Made by a program: the position numbers and the translations under genes
The notes under the pieces: generated by a model
What the model was told of the DNA's origin: nothing
The model's input: only the letters and a program-made list of their open reading frames with translations
Database searches by the model: none
Assembly (NCBI GenBank): GCA_032654565.1
Contig: JAULAX010000015.1
Coordinates: 576,001-640,000 of the forward strand
Direction: 5' to 3'
DNA: 64,000 bases
Source: Anaeromyxobacteraceae bacterium
Lineage (GTDB): Bacteria > Myxococcota > Myxococcia > Myxococcales > Anaeromyxobacteraceae
In this document: piece by piece, positions 40,718 through 50,297 of the stretch
Layout: every line of letters begins with the position of its first letter
Numbering within the stretch: the stretch's first letter is position 1

Positions 40718-43556
40718 CCCCGACCTCGTTGCTCGTGCTGTGGCTCAGATCCGCAAGAGCGCGGCGAACGCCGAGTATTTCTTCGAGAACCTGTCATCAC
40801 CAGAGTGGCTGGAGCCCCTCAAGAGCGCTGGGTTCTTCTCGGAGCCGCCGCCGCCTGTTCCCGAGGGGGAGTACATCTCGTTCCCCGGCTGGCCTGAGTC
40901 CAGGTACCTGGCGCGCATGGCTGCGCTCGAGTCGGCGGCGAAGACTGTGTTCTCCATCGCCTCAAAGATCCCGTTGACCAAGAATGTTCGCGTCTTCCAC
41001 GACCTGGCCGAGATAGCGCTCGCGTTGCCACCCGACTTGGGAGCTCAGTTTGTCCCTGCCGCAAAGGCGTGGATAAATTCGCCGTATCAACTGCTGATAC
41101 CGGAGCAGCTCGGGAAGCTCGTTCAGCGGCTCGCCAATGGCGGCAAAGTCGGAGCGGCACTCGACCTTGCGAAGTCCCTGCTCGAACTCCAGCCGGAATC
41201 GCAAGTAGGAACCGGTACGAATGCCGGAGGTAGCCGCGACGTCCGCGCGCACTTCGACGAGTGGCACTACGAAAAGATCCTCAGGGAGTACGTCCCGGCC
41301 CTGGTAGAGGCTGGCGGTGAACGTGCCCTCTCGATGCTCTGCGATTTGCTGAACGCAGCCCTGGAACTCTCGAACCCGAATCAGGACGCGGGCCACAAGG
41401 AGGATCACTCGTGGATCTGGCGTCCCGCGATCGAAGACCACACCCAGAACTCCGGGCAATCCGTTAAGGACGCGCTTGTCGCTGGTGTGCGGGACGCTGC
41501 TGAACAGGTGGTTCGACACGACTTGACTGTCCTCGCCCGCTTGGTCGCGGAGCTAGAGGCGCGCGGGTGGACTGTGTTTCGGAGGATCGCGTTGCATCTC
41601 GCCGCCACGTTCGCGGTGCCTTCGACGGAGGTGGCAGAGGCGAGACTTACGGACCGAGCTCTGTTCGAAGACATTTCAGTGCGCCACGAATTCTACAACC
41701 TGGCTCGCGCGGCCTTTGCCAACATCCCAGCGTCGTCGCAAGGGACCGTGCTGTCCTACATCGAGCAGGGCCCCGACATGGAGGCCGCGGAGCGGTGGCT
41801 GAAGGATGCCCTGCGCCGGAAGCCCACCAGCGAGGAGCTCGTCCGCTTCAAGCGGACATGGCAGCTAGAGCGCCTTTCGCCATTGAGGGACGCGCTGTCT
41901 CCGCCTTGGTCGGATCGCTACCAGCAGTGGACTACCGAATTTGGTGCGCCAGAACATCCCAGTTTCGCCGCCTATCATTCGTCCGGATGGGTCGGCGCCA
42001 GCAGCCCGAAGTCCGCAGACGAGTTGCGATCGCTCGGTATCGAAGCGCTGGTGCGGTTCCTGAGTACCTGGGAGCCGTCCGGGAGGTGGGGCGGGCCTTC
42101 GCGAGAGGGGCTTGCAAACGAGCTGAAGGTACTCGTCGCGTCAGACCCCGCCGTATACGCCCTAGGCGCGATGCAGTTCGAGTCGGCGCGACCGATCTTT
42201 CTACGGGCTCTCGTATCCGGACTTCAGACTGCTACTGGTCAGGGGAGGCAATTTGCGTGGGCCTCGGTTCTTGAGCTGCTCGCCCTTATCGTCCAGCGGG
42301 AGGTCGGGACTCGCTCCAAGCCCGATGGCTTCCCGGAAGAGGACCCAGATCTGGGCTGGACACGAAAGGCGATCGCCGACTTCATTTCTGGCGCGCTCGC
42401 CCACGAGGAGCGGTCACCGCCGGACTCGATGCGAACCGAAGTCTGGAAGGTTCTGAGTCCGCTTGCCGAGGACCCGGACCCGACAACTGAGGACGAGGAG
42501 CGATACGGGCCACCAAACATGGACCCCTTCACGATGTCGCTCAACACGACTCGGGGGCAGGCCCTTCACGGCGTGGTGAATTACGCTGAATGGCAATATC
42601 GCCACTCGGCTGCTGAGCATGGTCATGACCGTCGGTGGCTGACCCAGTGCGTCGAGGCCCGTCAGGTCCTCGAGCAGCATCTGGAGCCAGCTCATGACCC
42701 GTCGAGCGCCGTGAGGGCCGTATACGGCCAGCGGCTCCCCACCCTGGCCTATCTAGACATCGAATGGGTAAGAGCGCATCTGGGGGCGATCTTCCCTGGC
42801 GAAACTGAGCATCGGAAACTTCGGGACGCGGCGTGGGATGCTCTCGTCGTGTTCTGCGCCCCACAGACTGCACTGCTGCCTCTTCTTCGAGACGAATACG
42901 CACATGCCGTGGGCTCGCTAGAGTCTCGCTCTGAACGGAAGCATGGGCGCGACCCAGTCGAGCGCTTGGCGGAACACCTGATGACGCTCTATTGGTGGGG
43001 GGACGTCGACCTGGCCGTCGACAGCCTTGTGAGCCGCTTCTTCTCGTTGGCGACGGACGACCTACGCGAACACGCGATGGACTTCATTGGGCTAAGCCTC
43101 TGCGGCCCGGAGACGCCGCCTTCGGAAGTTCTCCGCCGCCTACAGCTCCTTTGGGAGGCTCGGTTCGACGTCGCGAAGGCGCGCCCAGAGTCTCACATCG
43201 AGGAACTGTCTGGATTCGGGTGGTGGTTCGCGTCAGGCCGGTTCGACTACGAGTGGGCACTCAGGCAGCTGCGAGCGGTGGTGCAACTCACGCGGAAGAT
43301 CGAGCCCGCCCACAAGGTCATCGAGCGCCTTGCGGACTGCGTTAACATGCAACCACTGGGGTCGCTGCTAGCCTTCGAGGAAATCGTCGAGGCAGACAAG
43401 CAGGGTTGGCTTGTGTCACTTGCCCGGGAAGACGCGGAACGGCTTCTCAGAGCCGCGCTTGCACGCGACGAGTCGCGTGCAAGCGCGGTCGACGTCCTGC
43501 ACCGGCTCGGGGCGAAGGGCCATTCCGAGTTCCGTAACCTCCTGCGACCGCCGTGA
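40710..43556 (+). CDS. 948-aa predicted all-alpha protein, no catalytic motif recognised
   Basis: Long ORF overlapping the upstream stop by 8 nt; YFFENLSSPEWLEPLK...FF, SLNTTRGQAL. Confidence 0.85.
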   Translation: MVSPDLVARAVAQIRKSAANAEYFFENLSSPEWLEPLKSAGFFSEPPPPVPEGEYISFPGWPESRYLARMAALESAAKTVFSIASKIPLTKNVRVFHDLAEIALALPPDLGAQFVPAAKAWINSPYQLLIPEQLGKLVQRLANGGKVGAALDLAKSLLELQPESQVGTGTNAGGSRDVRAHFDEWHYEKILREYVPALVEAGGERALSMLCDLLNAALELSNPNQDAGHKEDHSWIWRPAIEDHTQNSGQSVKDALVAGVRDAAEQVVRHDLTVLARLVAELEARGWTVFRRIALHLAATFAVPSTEVAEARLTDRALFEDISVRHEFYNLARAAFANIPASSQGTVLSYIEQGPDMEAAERWLKDALRRKPTSEELVRFKRTWQLERLSPLRDALSPPWSDRYQQWTTEFGAPEHPSFAAYHSSGWVGASSPKSADELRSLGIEALVRFLSTWEPSGRWGGPSREGLANELKVLVASDPAVYALGAMQFESARPIFLRALVSGLQTATGQGRQFAWASVLELLALIVQREVGTRSKPDGFPEEDPDLGWTRKAIADFISGALAHEERSPPDSMRTEVWKVLSPLAEDPDPTTEDEERYGPPNMDPFTMSLNTTRGQALHGVVNYAEWQYRHSAAEHGHDRRWLTQCVEARQVLEQHLEPAHDPSSAVRAVYGQRLPTLAYLDIEWVRAHLGAIFPGETEHRKLRDAAWDALVVFCAPQTALLPLLRDEYAHAVGSLESRSERKHGRDPVERLAEHLMTLYWWGDVDLAVDSLVSRFFSLATDDLREHAMDFIGLSLCGPETPPSEVLRRLQLLWEARFDVAKARPESHIEELSGFGWWFASGRFDYEWALRQLRAVVQLTRKIEPAHKVIERLADCVNMQPLGSLLAFEEIVEADKQGWLVSLAREDAERLLRAALARDESRASAVDVLHRLGAKGHSEFRNLLRPP

Positions 43557-43689
43557 TGAGTCGGGCACTTGAGAGGGCCTCGGGTTTCGTGGACACCTGA
43601 TGAGGGGTATTCAGTGTCCGACAAAGCCGAAGGGAACAGGCGGCCGCATCGCCGCATCGTTAAGCAGTTGGAGAAGACCCGATGACGAA

Positions 43690-44407
43690 TCAGGGGCTCG
43701 GCTTCTTGAACTGCCGCGACCGCGGCTTGCCTCCTTGAGTCTTCGCCTCGGCCGCACCTCTCGTGTCGGAGGCCGCCGGCTTCTTGGACTGGGGGGGTGC
43801 CACGGGCGCGGGCGAAGGCGCGGACCTGTTGTCTATGCTTCTGCCGAGCACCTTCATCCAGTCCGATGGGGACGGCGTGAAGAGAAGATTCCCCATCACG
43901 GACGGGCTTGGTGTCGAGGGGAGGCTTAGCGACGATGATGGCGAAGTGAATAGGCCACTAAGCATCGATCCTGAGGGCGTAGCCAGAAGTTCTTCGGAAG
44001 AGACAGGACTGTCGAAAATGGAATCTGTTCCAGGGAGAGAGCCAGTGAGAAGGTTGGTGCGCTGTTGCTTCCACCACGACAGATTGGTGGTCTTTTCCTT
44101 GAGCGCGGTGCGCAATCCCGCCTTGGAAGCCTCCCTTGCTTGCGCCAACTCGCCCTTTGTCTTCTCAATCTCTCGCTGTTGATCGGCGATCGTTCTGTTC
44201 CTCGCCTCAAGTTCGTCGATGATGCTTCGCGTGGCCCCGATCCCGTTCAGGATTTGCGTCTGCTCGGCGGAGGGCAGCTGGCCGATGACCTCTGCGAACC
44301 GGCTGACGACAGTTTCGAGGTGCGCCTGCCGGAACAGAAACGTAGCGGCGAGTTCATTCAGCAACTTGCGCTGAAGCGTTCGCTTCAAATCTATGACCTC
44401 AACAAAC
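43690..44407 (-). pseudogene. 5'-truncated coiled-coil protein gene cut by IS21
   Basis: Frame runs uninterrupted into the IS end at 44408; native start absent. Confidence 0.6.
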
Positions 44408-44658
44408 TGTCGGTCTCCAGCCACAAGGGACCGGCGTTGGCGGAAATCGCCAGCCTCATGGGGCCACCCTCTCGCCAGGCACATGGGACCACCCCACGGG
44501 GTGAGGCGGTCCTGAATGTTCAGGGTCATGGGGCCAGGCGCTGTTCAGGGTCATGGGACCACCCCGTGAGCCTGGCGGCGTAGGGCCCCGCGTGCAGCGA
44601 CCGAAGGCAGTCAACGTCGTCCCCTCCCGGCACCCTGGGGTGAGCCAGGAGGGCGACG

Positions 44659-46227
44659 ATGAGCTTTCGGGAGTTGACGATGGTGGACGTGAGGGAGTTG
44701 CTGCGCCGGTTCCAGGCCGGCGAGGCCGTGCGGCGCTCGGCGCGGGAGTGCGGCGCGGATCGCAAGACGGTGAAGCGGTACTACGAGGCGGCCAGGCTGT
44801 GCGGCGTCCGCGCCGGCGTCGAGCTGACCGACGAGCTGGTGGGCGAGGTCGGCCGGCGGGTCCAGGCCCGGCCAGCGCCGGCGCCGTCGGACGCCTGGCG
44901 GGCGCTGGTGCCGGTCCGCGACCGGATCGAGGCGTGGCTCCAGGCCGAGCGGCCGCTGCGGCTGGTCCGGATCCGCGAGCTCCTGGCGCGAGAGGGCATC
45001 GCGGTCTCGTACAGCACGCTGCGGCGGTACGCGCAGCGGGAGTTCGGGTTCGGCGGCCCCCGCGTCACCGTGCGGCTCGCTGACACGCCGCCCGGCGAGG
45101 AGGCGCAGGTCGACTTCGGGCACGTGGGCTGGCTCACCGACGTCACCGGCCAGCGGCGCAAGCTCTGGGCGCTCATCGTGACGCTGAGTTACAGCCGGCA
45201 CATGTTCGTCTGGCCGACCCTGACGCAGACGGTGGTCGACGTGTGCGAGGGGCTCGACGAGGCGTGGCGCTTCTTCGGCGGCGTCGCGCGGCGGGTGGTC
45301 CTCGACAACGCCTCCTCGATGGTGACCGTGCCCAACGCCCAGGCGCCGGTGCTGCAGCGCTCCTTCCGCGAGTACGCGCAGGCCCGGGGGATCCTCGCCG
45401 ACCCGGCTCGGGTGCGGCGGCCGCAGGACAAGGGCCGCGTCGAGAACGCCGTCCCCTACGTGCGCGAGCGCTGGGCCGACGGCGAGCGGTTCCTCGACCT
45501 CGCCGCCTCTCGCCGATCGGCAGCGGCCTGGTGCCGCGACATCGCCGGCCAGCGCGTCCACGGCACCACCCGCGCGGTGCCCTTCACCGTGTTCGAGGCC
45601 GAGGAGAAGGCACTCCTCCTGCCGCCGCCGCTGGAGCGCTTCGACGTCCCGACGTGGGGCCTGGCCAAGGTGCACCCCGATCACCACCTGCAGGTGGCGC
45701 GCAGCCTCTACTCGGTGCCGACCGCCTACATCGGCCGGCAGCTCGACTACCGGCTCGACTCGAAGACCGTGCGCTTCTACGGCGGCCTCGAACTGGTGAA
45801 GGTGCACGCCCGCGTCGCGCCGGGCAAGCGCTCCACCGACCCGGCCGACTACCCGCGCACCCGGACCGCATACGCCCTGCGCAGCGTCGACGCCCTGGTG
45901 GCGGCCGCGCAGGAGCGGGGGCCGTCCATCGGCGCCTTCGCCCAGAAGCTCCTCGGCGGGCCGCTGCCGTGGTCGAAGATGCGCCAGGCCCAGGCGCTGG
46001 TGCGGCTGTGCGACCGGTACGGCGCTGAGCGGGTGGAGGCGGCCTGCCAGCGGGCCATCGGCTTCGAGGTGTACGACGTCCCGCGCATCGAGCGGCTGCT
46101 CAAGCTCGCGCGGACCTGCGAGGCCGACGGCGAGGCGGCCGGCAAGGTCGTGCAGCTCCCGGGCCGCTTCGCCCGGGCGCCGGAGCTCTTCGCCACCCGC
46201 CGGCCGACCGACGGGGGTGCGCCGTGA
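44659..46227 (+). CDS. istA: IS21 transposase
   Basis: PGEEAQVDFG, VVLDN, PQDKGRVE (DDE), HGTT, YSVP. Confidence 0.96.
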   Translation: MSFRELTMVDVRELLRRFQAGEAVRRSARECGADRKTVKRYYEAARLCGVRAGVELTDELVGEVGRRVQARPAPAPSDAWRALVPVRDRIEAWLQAERPLRLVRIRELLAREGIAVSYSTLRRYAQREFGFGGPRVTVRLADTPPGEEAQVDFGHVGWLTDVTGQRRKLWALIVTLSYSRHMFVWPTLTQTVVDVCEGLDEAWRFFGGVARRVVLDNASSMVTVPNAQAPVLQRSFREYAQARGILADPARVRRPQDKGRVENAVPYVRERWADGERFLDLAASRRSAAAWCRDIAGQRVHGTTRAVPFTVFEAEEKALLLPPPLERFDVPTWGLAKVHPDHHLQVARSLYSVPTAYIGRQLDYRLDSKTVRFYGGLELVKVHARVAPGKRSTDPADYPRTRTAYALRSVDALVAAAQERGPSIGAFAQKLLGGPLPWSKMRQAQALVRLCDRYGAERVEAACQRAIGFEVYDVPRIERLLKLARTCEADGEAAGKVVQLPGRFARAPELFATRRPTDGGAP

Positions 46228-47045
46228 AGGCCCGGACCGTGGCTCCGGAGCTCGCCGCCGCCCTCAAGCGCCTGCGCCTCGGCGGCATCCTCCCGACGCT
46301 GCCCGAGCGCATCGCGCTCGCCGAGAAGGACGAGACGCCCTTCGACGACCTCTTGCTCATGCTGCTCGTGGACGAGATCGAGCGACGGCGCAGCTCGGCC
46401 GCTCGCAACCGCGCCGCCGACGCCGGGCTCGATCCCGACATGGTGGTGGAGCGCTGGGACAAGACGGCCAAGGTTCACTTCGACAAGCGCGTCTTCCAGG
46501 AGCTGTGCAGCCTGCGCTTCGCCGACGACGCGCGGAACGTGGTCATCCTCGGCCCCGTTGGAGTCGGCAAGACCTACCTCGCCAGCGCCCTTGGCCACCT
46601 CGCCTGCAAGAGCGGCTACAACGTGCGCTTCCACCGGGCCGATGCGCTGCTGCGCCTGCTGCGACAGAGCCGCCTCGACAACTCCCGCGACGGCCTCATG
46701 GCCGAGCTGATCGCCGTCGACCTGCTCGTCATCGACGACTTCGCCCTCGAGTCCATGACCCGCGAGGAGAGCCGCGACGTCTACCAGCTCTTCGTCGAGC
46801 GCACCGGCCGAGCCGCCACCGTGGTCACGAGCAACCGCGACACCGCCGAGTGGCTCACGACCTTCGACGACGCCCTGCTCGCCCAGAGCGCCATCGACCG
46901 CTTCCAGAACGCCGCCTACGACCTCGTCATCGAGGGCGAGTCCTACCGGTCGCGGCAGAAGCCCACCGTCGACAAGGCCGGGCCGCCGCCCGAGCGCCCC
47001 GTCGAGAAGCGCCCCGTCCACCCCCGGCAGAAGCGGCGGCGGTAG
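46224..47045 (+). CDS. istB: IS21 AAA+ helper ATPase
   Basis: Walker A GPVGVGKT, Walker B LLVIDDF, TSN, AIDR, GESYR; GTGA overlap. Confidence 0.96.
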   Translation: MKARTVAPELAAALKRLRLGGILPTLPERIALAEKDETPFDDLLLMLLVDEIERRRSSAARNRAADAGLDPDMVVERWDKTAKVHFDKRVFQELCSLRFADDARNVVILGPVGVGKTYLASALGHLACKSGYNVRFHRADALLRLLRQSRLDNSRDGLMAELIAVDLLVIDDFALESMTREESRDVYQLFVERTGRAATVVTSNRDTAEWLTTFDDALLAQSAIDRFQNAAYDLVIEGESYRSRQKPTVDKAGPPPERPVEKRPVHPRQKRRR

Positions 47046-47180
47046 GGCTCGACGCGAGCGGCCGATTCATGCGATCTGGAAGGCGGTCGCTCGCGTCTCA
47101 CCCTGGTCCCATGTGCTTGGCGACGGGTGGTCCCATGAGCCTGGCGAGTGACACTATCGAGCGCTGATGGCCTACGTCGC

Positions 47181-48101
47181 CTACGGCGTCTGGCGCCTCG
47201 GGAGGTCGGGGATGCTTCCGCGCGTGCCGTCCTCCCTTTTCCAGAAGACCTGCTCAGAGGAGGAGAAGACGAAATGTTCGGCTCCACCGATCGTGAGCCC
47301 GTTCACGAGTTCCGCAAATCGAGCATCCGCGTGAATCACTAGGCGCTCCGGCTCATATACCGACCCGACAAGAGCCATCCGTCGGGAAATTGCGGCAACG
47401 GCAGAGACACCGAAGGAAGCTGCGCTCCGGAAGGACACTGGATTGTCCGACGACACGAAATCTGGAGCGTTCGCGGAGAGTACGGCCACCGTCCAGTACA
47501 GTTGAGCGATTCCATTAAGCACGGTCTCGAAGCCCGAGAGCATGTGAGCAATCGACCACGTTTGGTCGATCTCGATTCGCATTTCTTCCTCGAAGAACTT
47601 CAACATTGCTGCGTCGTACTCCTCCGGCGTCGGATCGACGCCCGCCGGGAGGTGCCCGAAAACTCTTGAGTGAATGATTGGGGGTGGCTTGGGCAGCTTC
47701 GGCAGCACTTTCGGGAACGTGGATCTTACGAGGCGTTCGGACGCGGACTCTACTCGTCGGCGCGACGTTGGAACTCGGATCACTAGCGACGCGAGAAGCG
47801 GAAGGATCTCGGAAGCGGCCTCGTCGAGTGGCGGCGGCTCTTCTGTTCCGATGAGCCTGCGTAGAGCCGGGGCCGCGGCGTCCTCGATATCCTGGAACGC
47901 CTTCTCAACATCCAATGGGTCGTAGCCTTGGAGGTCAATCCTGTAGAAGTCTCTCTGGTGCCCTGCTCCGTTCGGATCGGACCACCAGCGCCTTCCCGTT
48001 CTAAGGTCGCAGACTAGAAGGCGCCCTTCTTTGGTGCCTTCGTTCGTAAAACCCGCGAGAAAGAACCGGGGCACGTAATGGTGCCTCCGCGCGCCAGCCA
48101 A
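47181..48101 (-). CDS. DUF4238 domain protein
   Basis: N-terminal RHHYVPRFFLAGF, FVSSDNPV; GGAGGTG RBS before TTG. Confidence 0.85.
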   Translation of the reverse strand: MAGARRHHYVPRFFLAGFTNEGTKEGRLLVCDLRTGRRWWSDPNGAGHQRDFYRIDLQGYDPLDVEKAFQDIEDAAAPALRRLIGTEEPPPLDEAASEILPLLASLVIRVPTSRRRVESASERLVRSTFPKVLPKLPKPPPIIHSRVFGHLPAGVDPTPEEYDAAMLKFFEEEMRIEIDQTWSIAHMLSGFETVLNGIAQLYWTVAVLSANAPDFVSSDNPVSFRSAASFGVSAVAAISRRMALVGSVYEPERLVIHADARFAELVNGLTIGGAEHFVFSSSEQVFWKREDGTRGSIPDLPRRQTP

Positions 48102-48267
48102 TAGACACCTCCATTCGACGAATACACGCCTCGTCGGCAGGCGGTCCTGGCAGGACCTATAGGCATGATTACAAGGCAGCTGTCAGGCTCACGCTGCAAG
48201 GCCCCAGCAAGCATCTCTCATCCATAGCTTCGTAGTCTGACGGGGAGTTACCCGGCTGCACGACACA

Positions 48268-48558
48268 CTAAACGGCCCGCACGGCCTCACCGAAGACGCG
48301 ATCCCGGTGCTCGGGCCGGATCATCCCGGGCGTCGCTAGGTCGACGTGGCAGCCGAGGAGTTGTTCGAGCTCGCGCTGGACGCGGGCCAGGCCGAGGTAG
48401 CCGACGGGCGGGTCGAACTCGGCGATGAGGTCGAGGTCGCTATCGGACCGGGCCTCGTCACGCGCGACGGAACCGATGACCAGGAGCGAGGTGATGCCGA
48501 GCCGCTGCAGCTCGTCCCTGTGCGAGGCGAAGAACTCGATGGCTTCAGCTCGGCGCAC
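48268..48558 (-). CDS. minimal nucleotidyltransferase (MNT/MntA-like antitoxin), no HEPN partner adjacent
   Basis: IGSVARDEARSDSDLDL, LEQLLGCHVDLAT. Confidence 0.88.
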   Translation of the reverse strand: MRRAEAIEFFASHRDELQRLGITSLLVIGSVARDEARSDSDLDLIAEFDPPVGYLGLARVQRELEQLLGCHVDLATPGMIRPEHRDRVFGEAVRAV

Positions 48559-48635
48559 GCCCAGATTGTAGGCCTCGAGTCGGGCAGCTGGAAGCGCCGC
48601 CCGTCCGGCGCGTCCACTCGCGAGGTGGGACTCTC

Positions 48636-48730
48636 TCCACGTGGGATAGGGACCGGTTCGCCGAAAAGGTGGCTGCTGGTCCGCGCGGACCAACCCCACG
48701 AAATCCGGGGATTGGGCCTTCTGGCCCACC
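48636..48730. repeat. diverged ~95-bp direct repeat, upstream copy (partner ~49896-49992)
   Basis: GCTGGTCCGCGCGGACCAACCCCACGAAATCCG..GGGCCTTCTGG versus GCTGGTCCGTGCGGACCAACCTCACGAAATCCG..GGGCCTTCTGG. Confidence 0.85.
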
Positions 48731-48782
48731 GCGAGTCACATCTCCACTGCCTTTCCGGACAGGCAGGTATACTGGCTGCACC

Positions 48783-49871
48783 TTGGGCAGCCTCAAGCAG
48801 ACTGGCGAAACAGCGCGGAGGAGACGCCTTCTCGACGCTGTACGCGCCTGCGCTGAGCGCGACGGTGCGGTGCCGGGCATCCGTCAGTTCGTGCAGCAGA
48901 CCGGTGAGAAGCCTCATGTCTGGGCCGGCAACCTGTGGCCATCGTGGAGAGCCTTCCTCGATGAAGCGGGCCTCGCGTCCGGCGAGATGACGCAGGCCGT
49001 GCCCGAGGACGATATGTTGGCCTGTCTCGCGGAGCTGACTCGCGAGCATGGTCGGTTTCCGTTGTTCGCTGAGCTCAGGTTTGCCCACACGAAGAGGCCT
49101 GCCGTCCCAACCGAGAAGACCTTTCGGCGGCGGTTCGGCGGCCAGCAAGGGATGATCGACCGGCTCCGAGAGTGGGTCACCGGCAAGTCAGAATTCGCTG
49201 ATATTCTGAAGGTCCTGGAGACCGTCGGTGAATCCAAGCCGAAACGCATCCGCAGCGGATCCGCCGAAGAGCAAGCGGGCGCTCCGTCGATGCTCGGTGG
49301 CAGTTTCATTCCACCGGTAGTCGACTGCCTTCCTGCGCTCGCTGCGGGCGACGCCGAAATAGAACGTCAGTGCATTGCCGGTGGAGTCGAGCTAGCCGTT
49401 GAGTTCGAGAAGCGAGTCGCGTTCGCCCTTCAGATGCTCGGTCTCGAAGTGAGTGTCTTGGGACAAGGTGCTGGTCGCGTGGCCGATGGCATCGCGCGGT
49501 GCCGTTCCGGAAGATGGGCCCTGGTGTACGACGCGAAGGTGCGTCGTGCCGGGTTCTCTATGGGAACGGAGGACCGGAAGTTTCGCGAGTACATCGAGCT
49601 CCACGGTAGGGACCTTGAACGCGACGGTATCGACAACCTCTATTTCGCCGTTGTCAGCAGTTCGTTTGCGGAGAGCGATCTCCAGAAAGCGCGCGAGGTC
49701 GTGAGGCGCACCAAGGCCAAGGCGTTCGTCCTTCTCGAAGCGAGTGCCCTACGTGCCCTGGTCGAGGTGCGGTTGCGAACACGGCGCCTCGAAGACGCGG
49801 CGGTTCTTGAACGCTTCTTCACATCCACGAAAACCGTGGGACTGTCCGACGTCAAGAGCCTCCTGCTCTAA
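48783..49871 (+). CDS. nuclease: N-terminal homing-endonuclease-associated-like repeats plus FokI-like PD-(D/E)xK cleavage domain
   Basis: FEKRV...LGQGAGRVADGI...LVYDAK...FREYIE resembles the FokI cleavage domain; N-terminal SWRAFLDEAGL and TFRRRFG; TTG start after TATACT (ORF open from 48669). Confidence 0.72.
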   Translation: MGSLKQTGETARRRRLLDAVRACAERDGAVPGIRQFVQQTGEKPHVWAGNLWPSWRAFLDEAGLASGEMTQAVPEDDMLACLAELTREHGRFPLFAELRFAHTKRPAVPTEKTFRRRFGGQQGMIDRLREWVTGKSEFADILKVLETVGESKPKRIRSGSAEEQAGAPSMLGGSFIPPVVDCLPALAAGDAEIERQCIAGGVELAVEFEKRVAFALQMLGLEVSVLGQGAGRVADGIARCRSGRWALVYDAKVRRAGFSMGTEDRKFREYIELHGRDLERDGIDNLYFAVVSSSFAESDLQKAREVVRRTKAKAFVLLEASALRALVEVRLRTRRLEDAAVLERFFTSTKTVGLSDVKSLLL

Positions 49872-49892
49872 GAGCCGCGCGGCGGTGCCTGC

Positions 49893-50038
49893 TGGTCCAC
49901 GTGGACCACGGACGGCGCTTCGCCGGAAAAGTGCCCGCTGGTCCGTGCGGACCAACCTCACGAAATCCGCGAAATGGGCCTTCTGGTCCACGTGGACCAG
50001 GTCGACGAAAACAGCCTCCTGGTCCGCGCGGACCAGGA
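49893..50038. repeat. array of four 16-bp palindromes TGGTCCRYRYGGACCA
   Basis: Copies start at 49893, 49939, 49984, 50020; a fifth starts at 48677. Confidence 0.9.
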
Positions 50039-50237
50039 CGGCATTATCCTGCGGGCCGAGAGGAACCCTGATGACGGGGCGTGATGCTGACCCATGTCAC
50101 TCTGGGTGTCCTGTCACGAGGGCAGGATTGAGCACCACCCGGGTGACAGGGTTGAGCACGACCTTCGACTCGTAGCCCTGCGTAAACAGAGCCCCGGCCC
50201 CGCCGCCTTTGAGCTGGCATCGGCGCGACGTGCAGCG

Positions 50238-50297
50238 CGCCAACTGCCCGACCCCTCTCCCCCGACCACCTGGGGGAAAGGGGTCGGGCAGTTGGCG
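50238..50297. repeat. 26-bp inverted repeat (one mismatch, 8-nt loop)
   Basis: CGCCAACTGCCCGACCCCTCTCCCCC-GACCACCT-GGGGGAAAGGGGTCGGGCAGTTGGCG. Confidence 0.88.

Larger units (their letters stand above)
44408..47153 (+). mobile_element. IS21-family insertion sequence (2746 bp)
   Basis: TG...CA ends; imperfect IRs TGTCGGTCTCCAGCCACAAGGGACC / TGTCACTCGCCAGGCTCATGGGACC; several internal CATGGGACCACCC-like repeats; istA-istB. Confidence 0.92.

Noticed and set aside
49893..50038. Canonical CRISPR array
   Set aside because: Repeats are only 16 bp, spacers uneven (30/29/20 nt), one spacer recurs upstream of the nuclease, and no cas gene is in the window; kept as a non-CRISPR repeat finding
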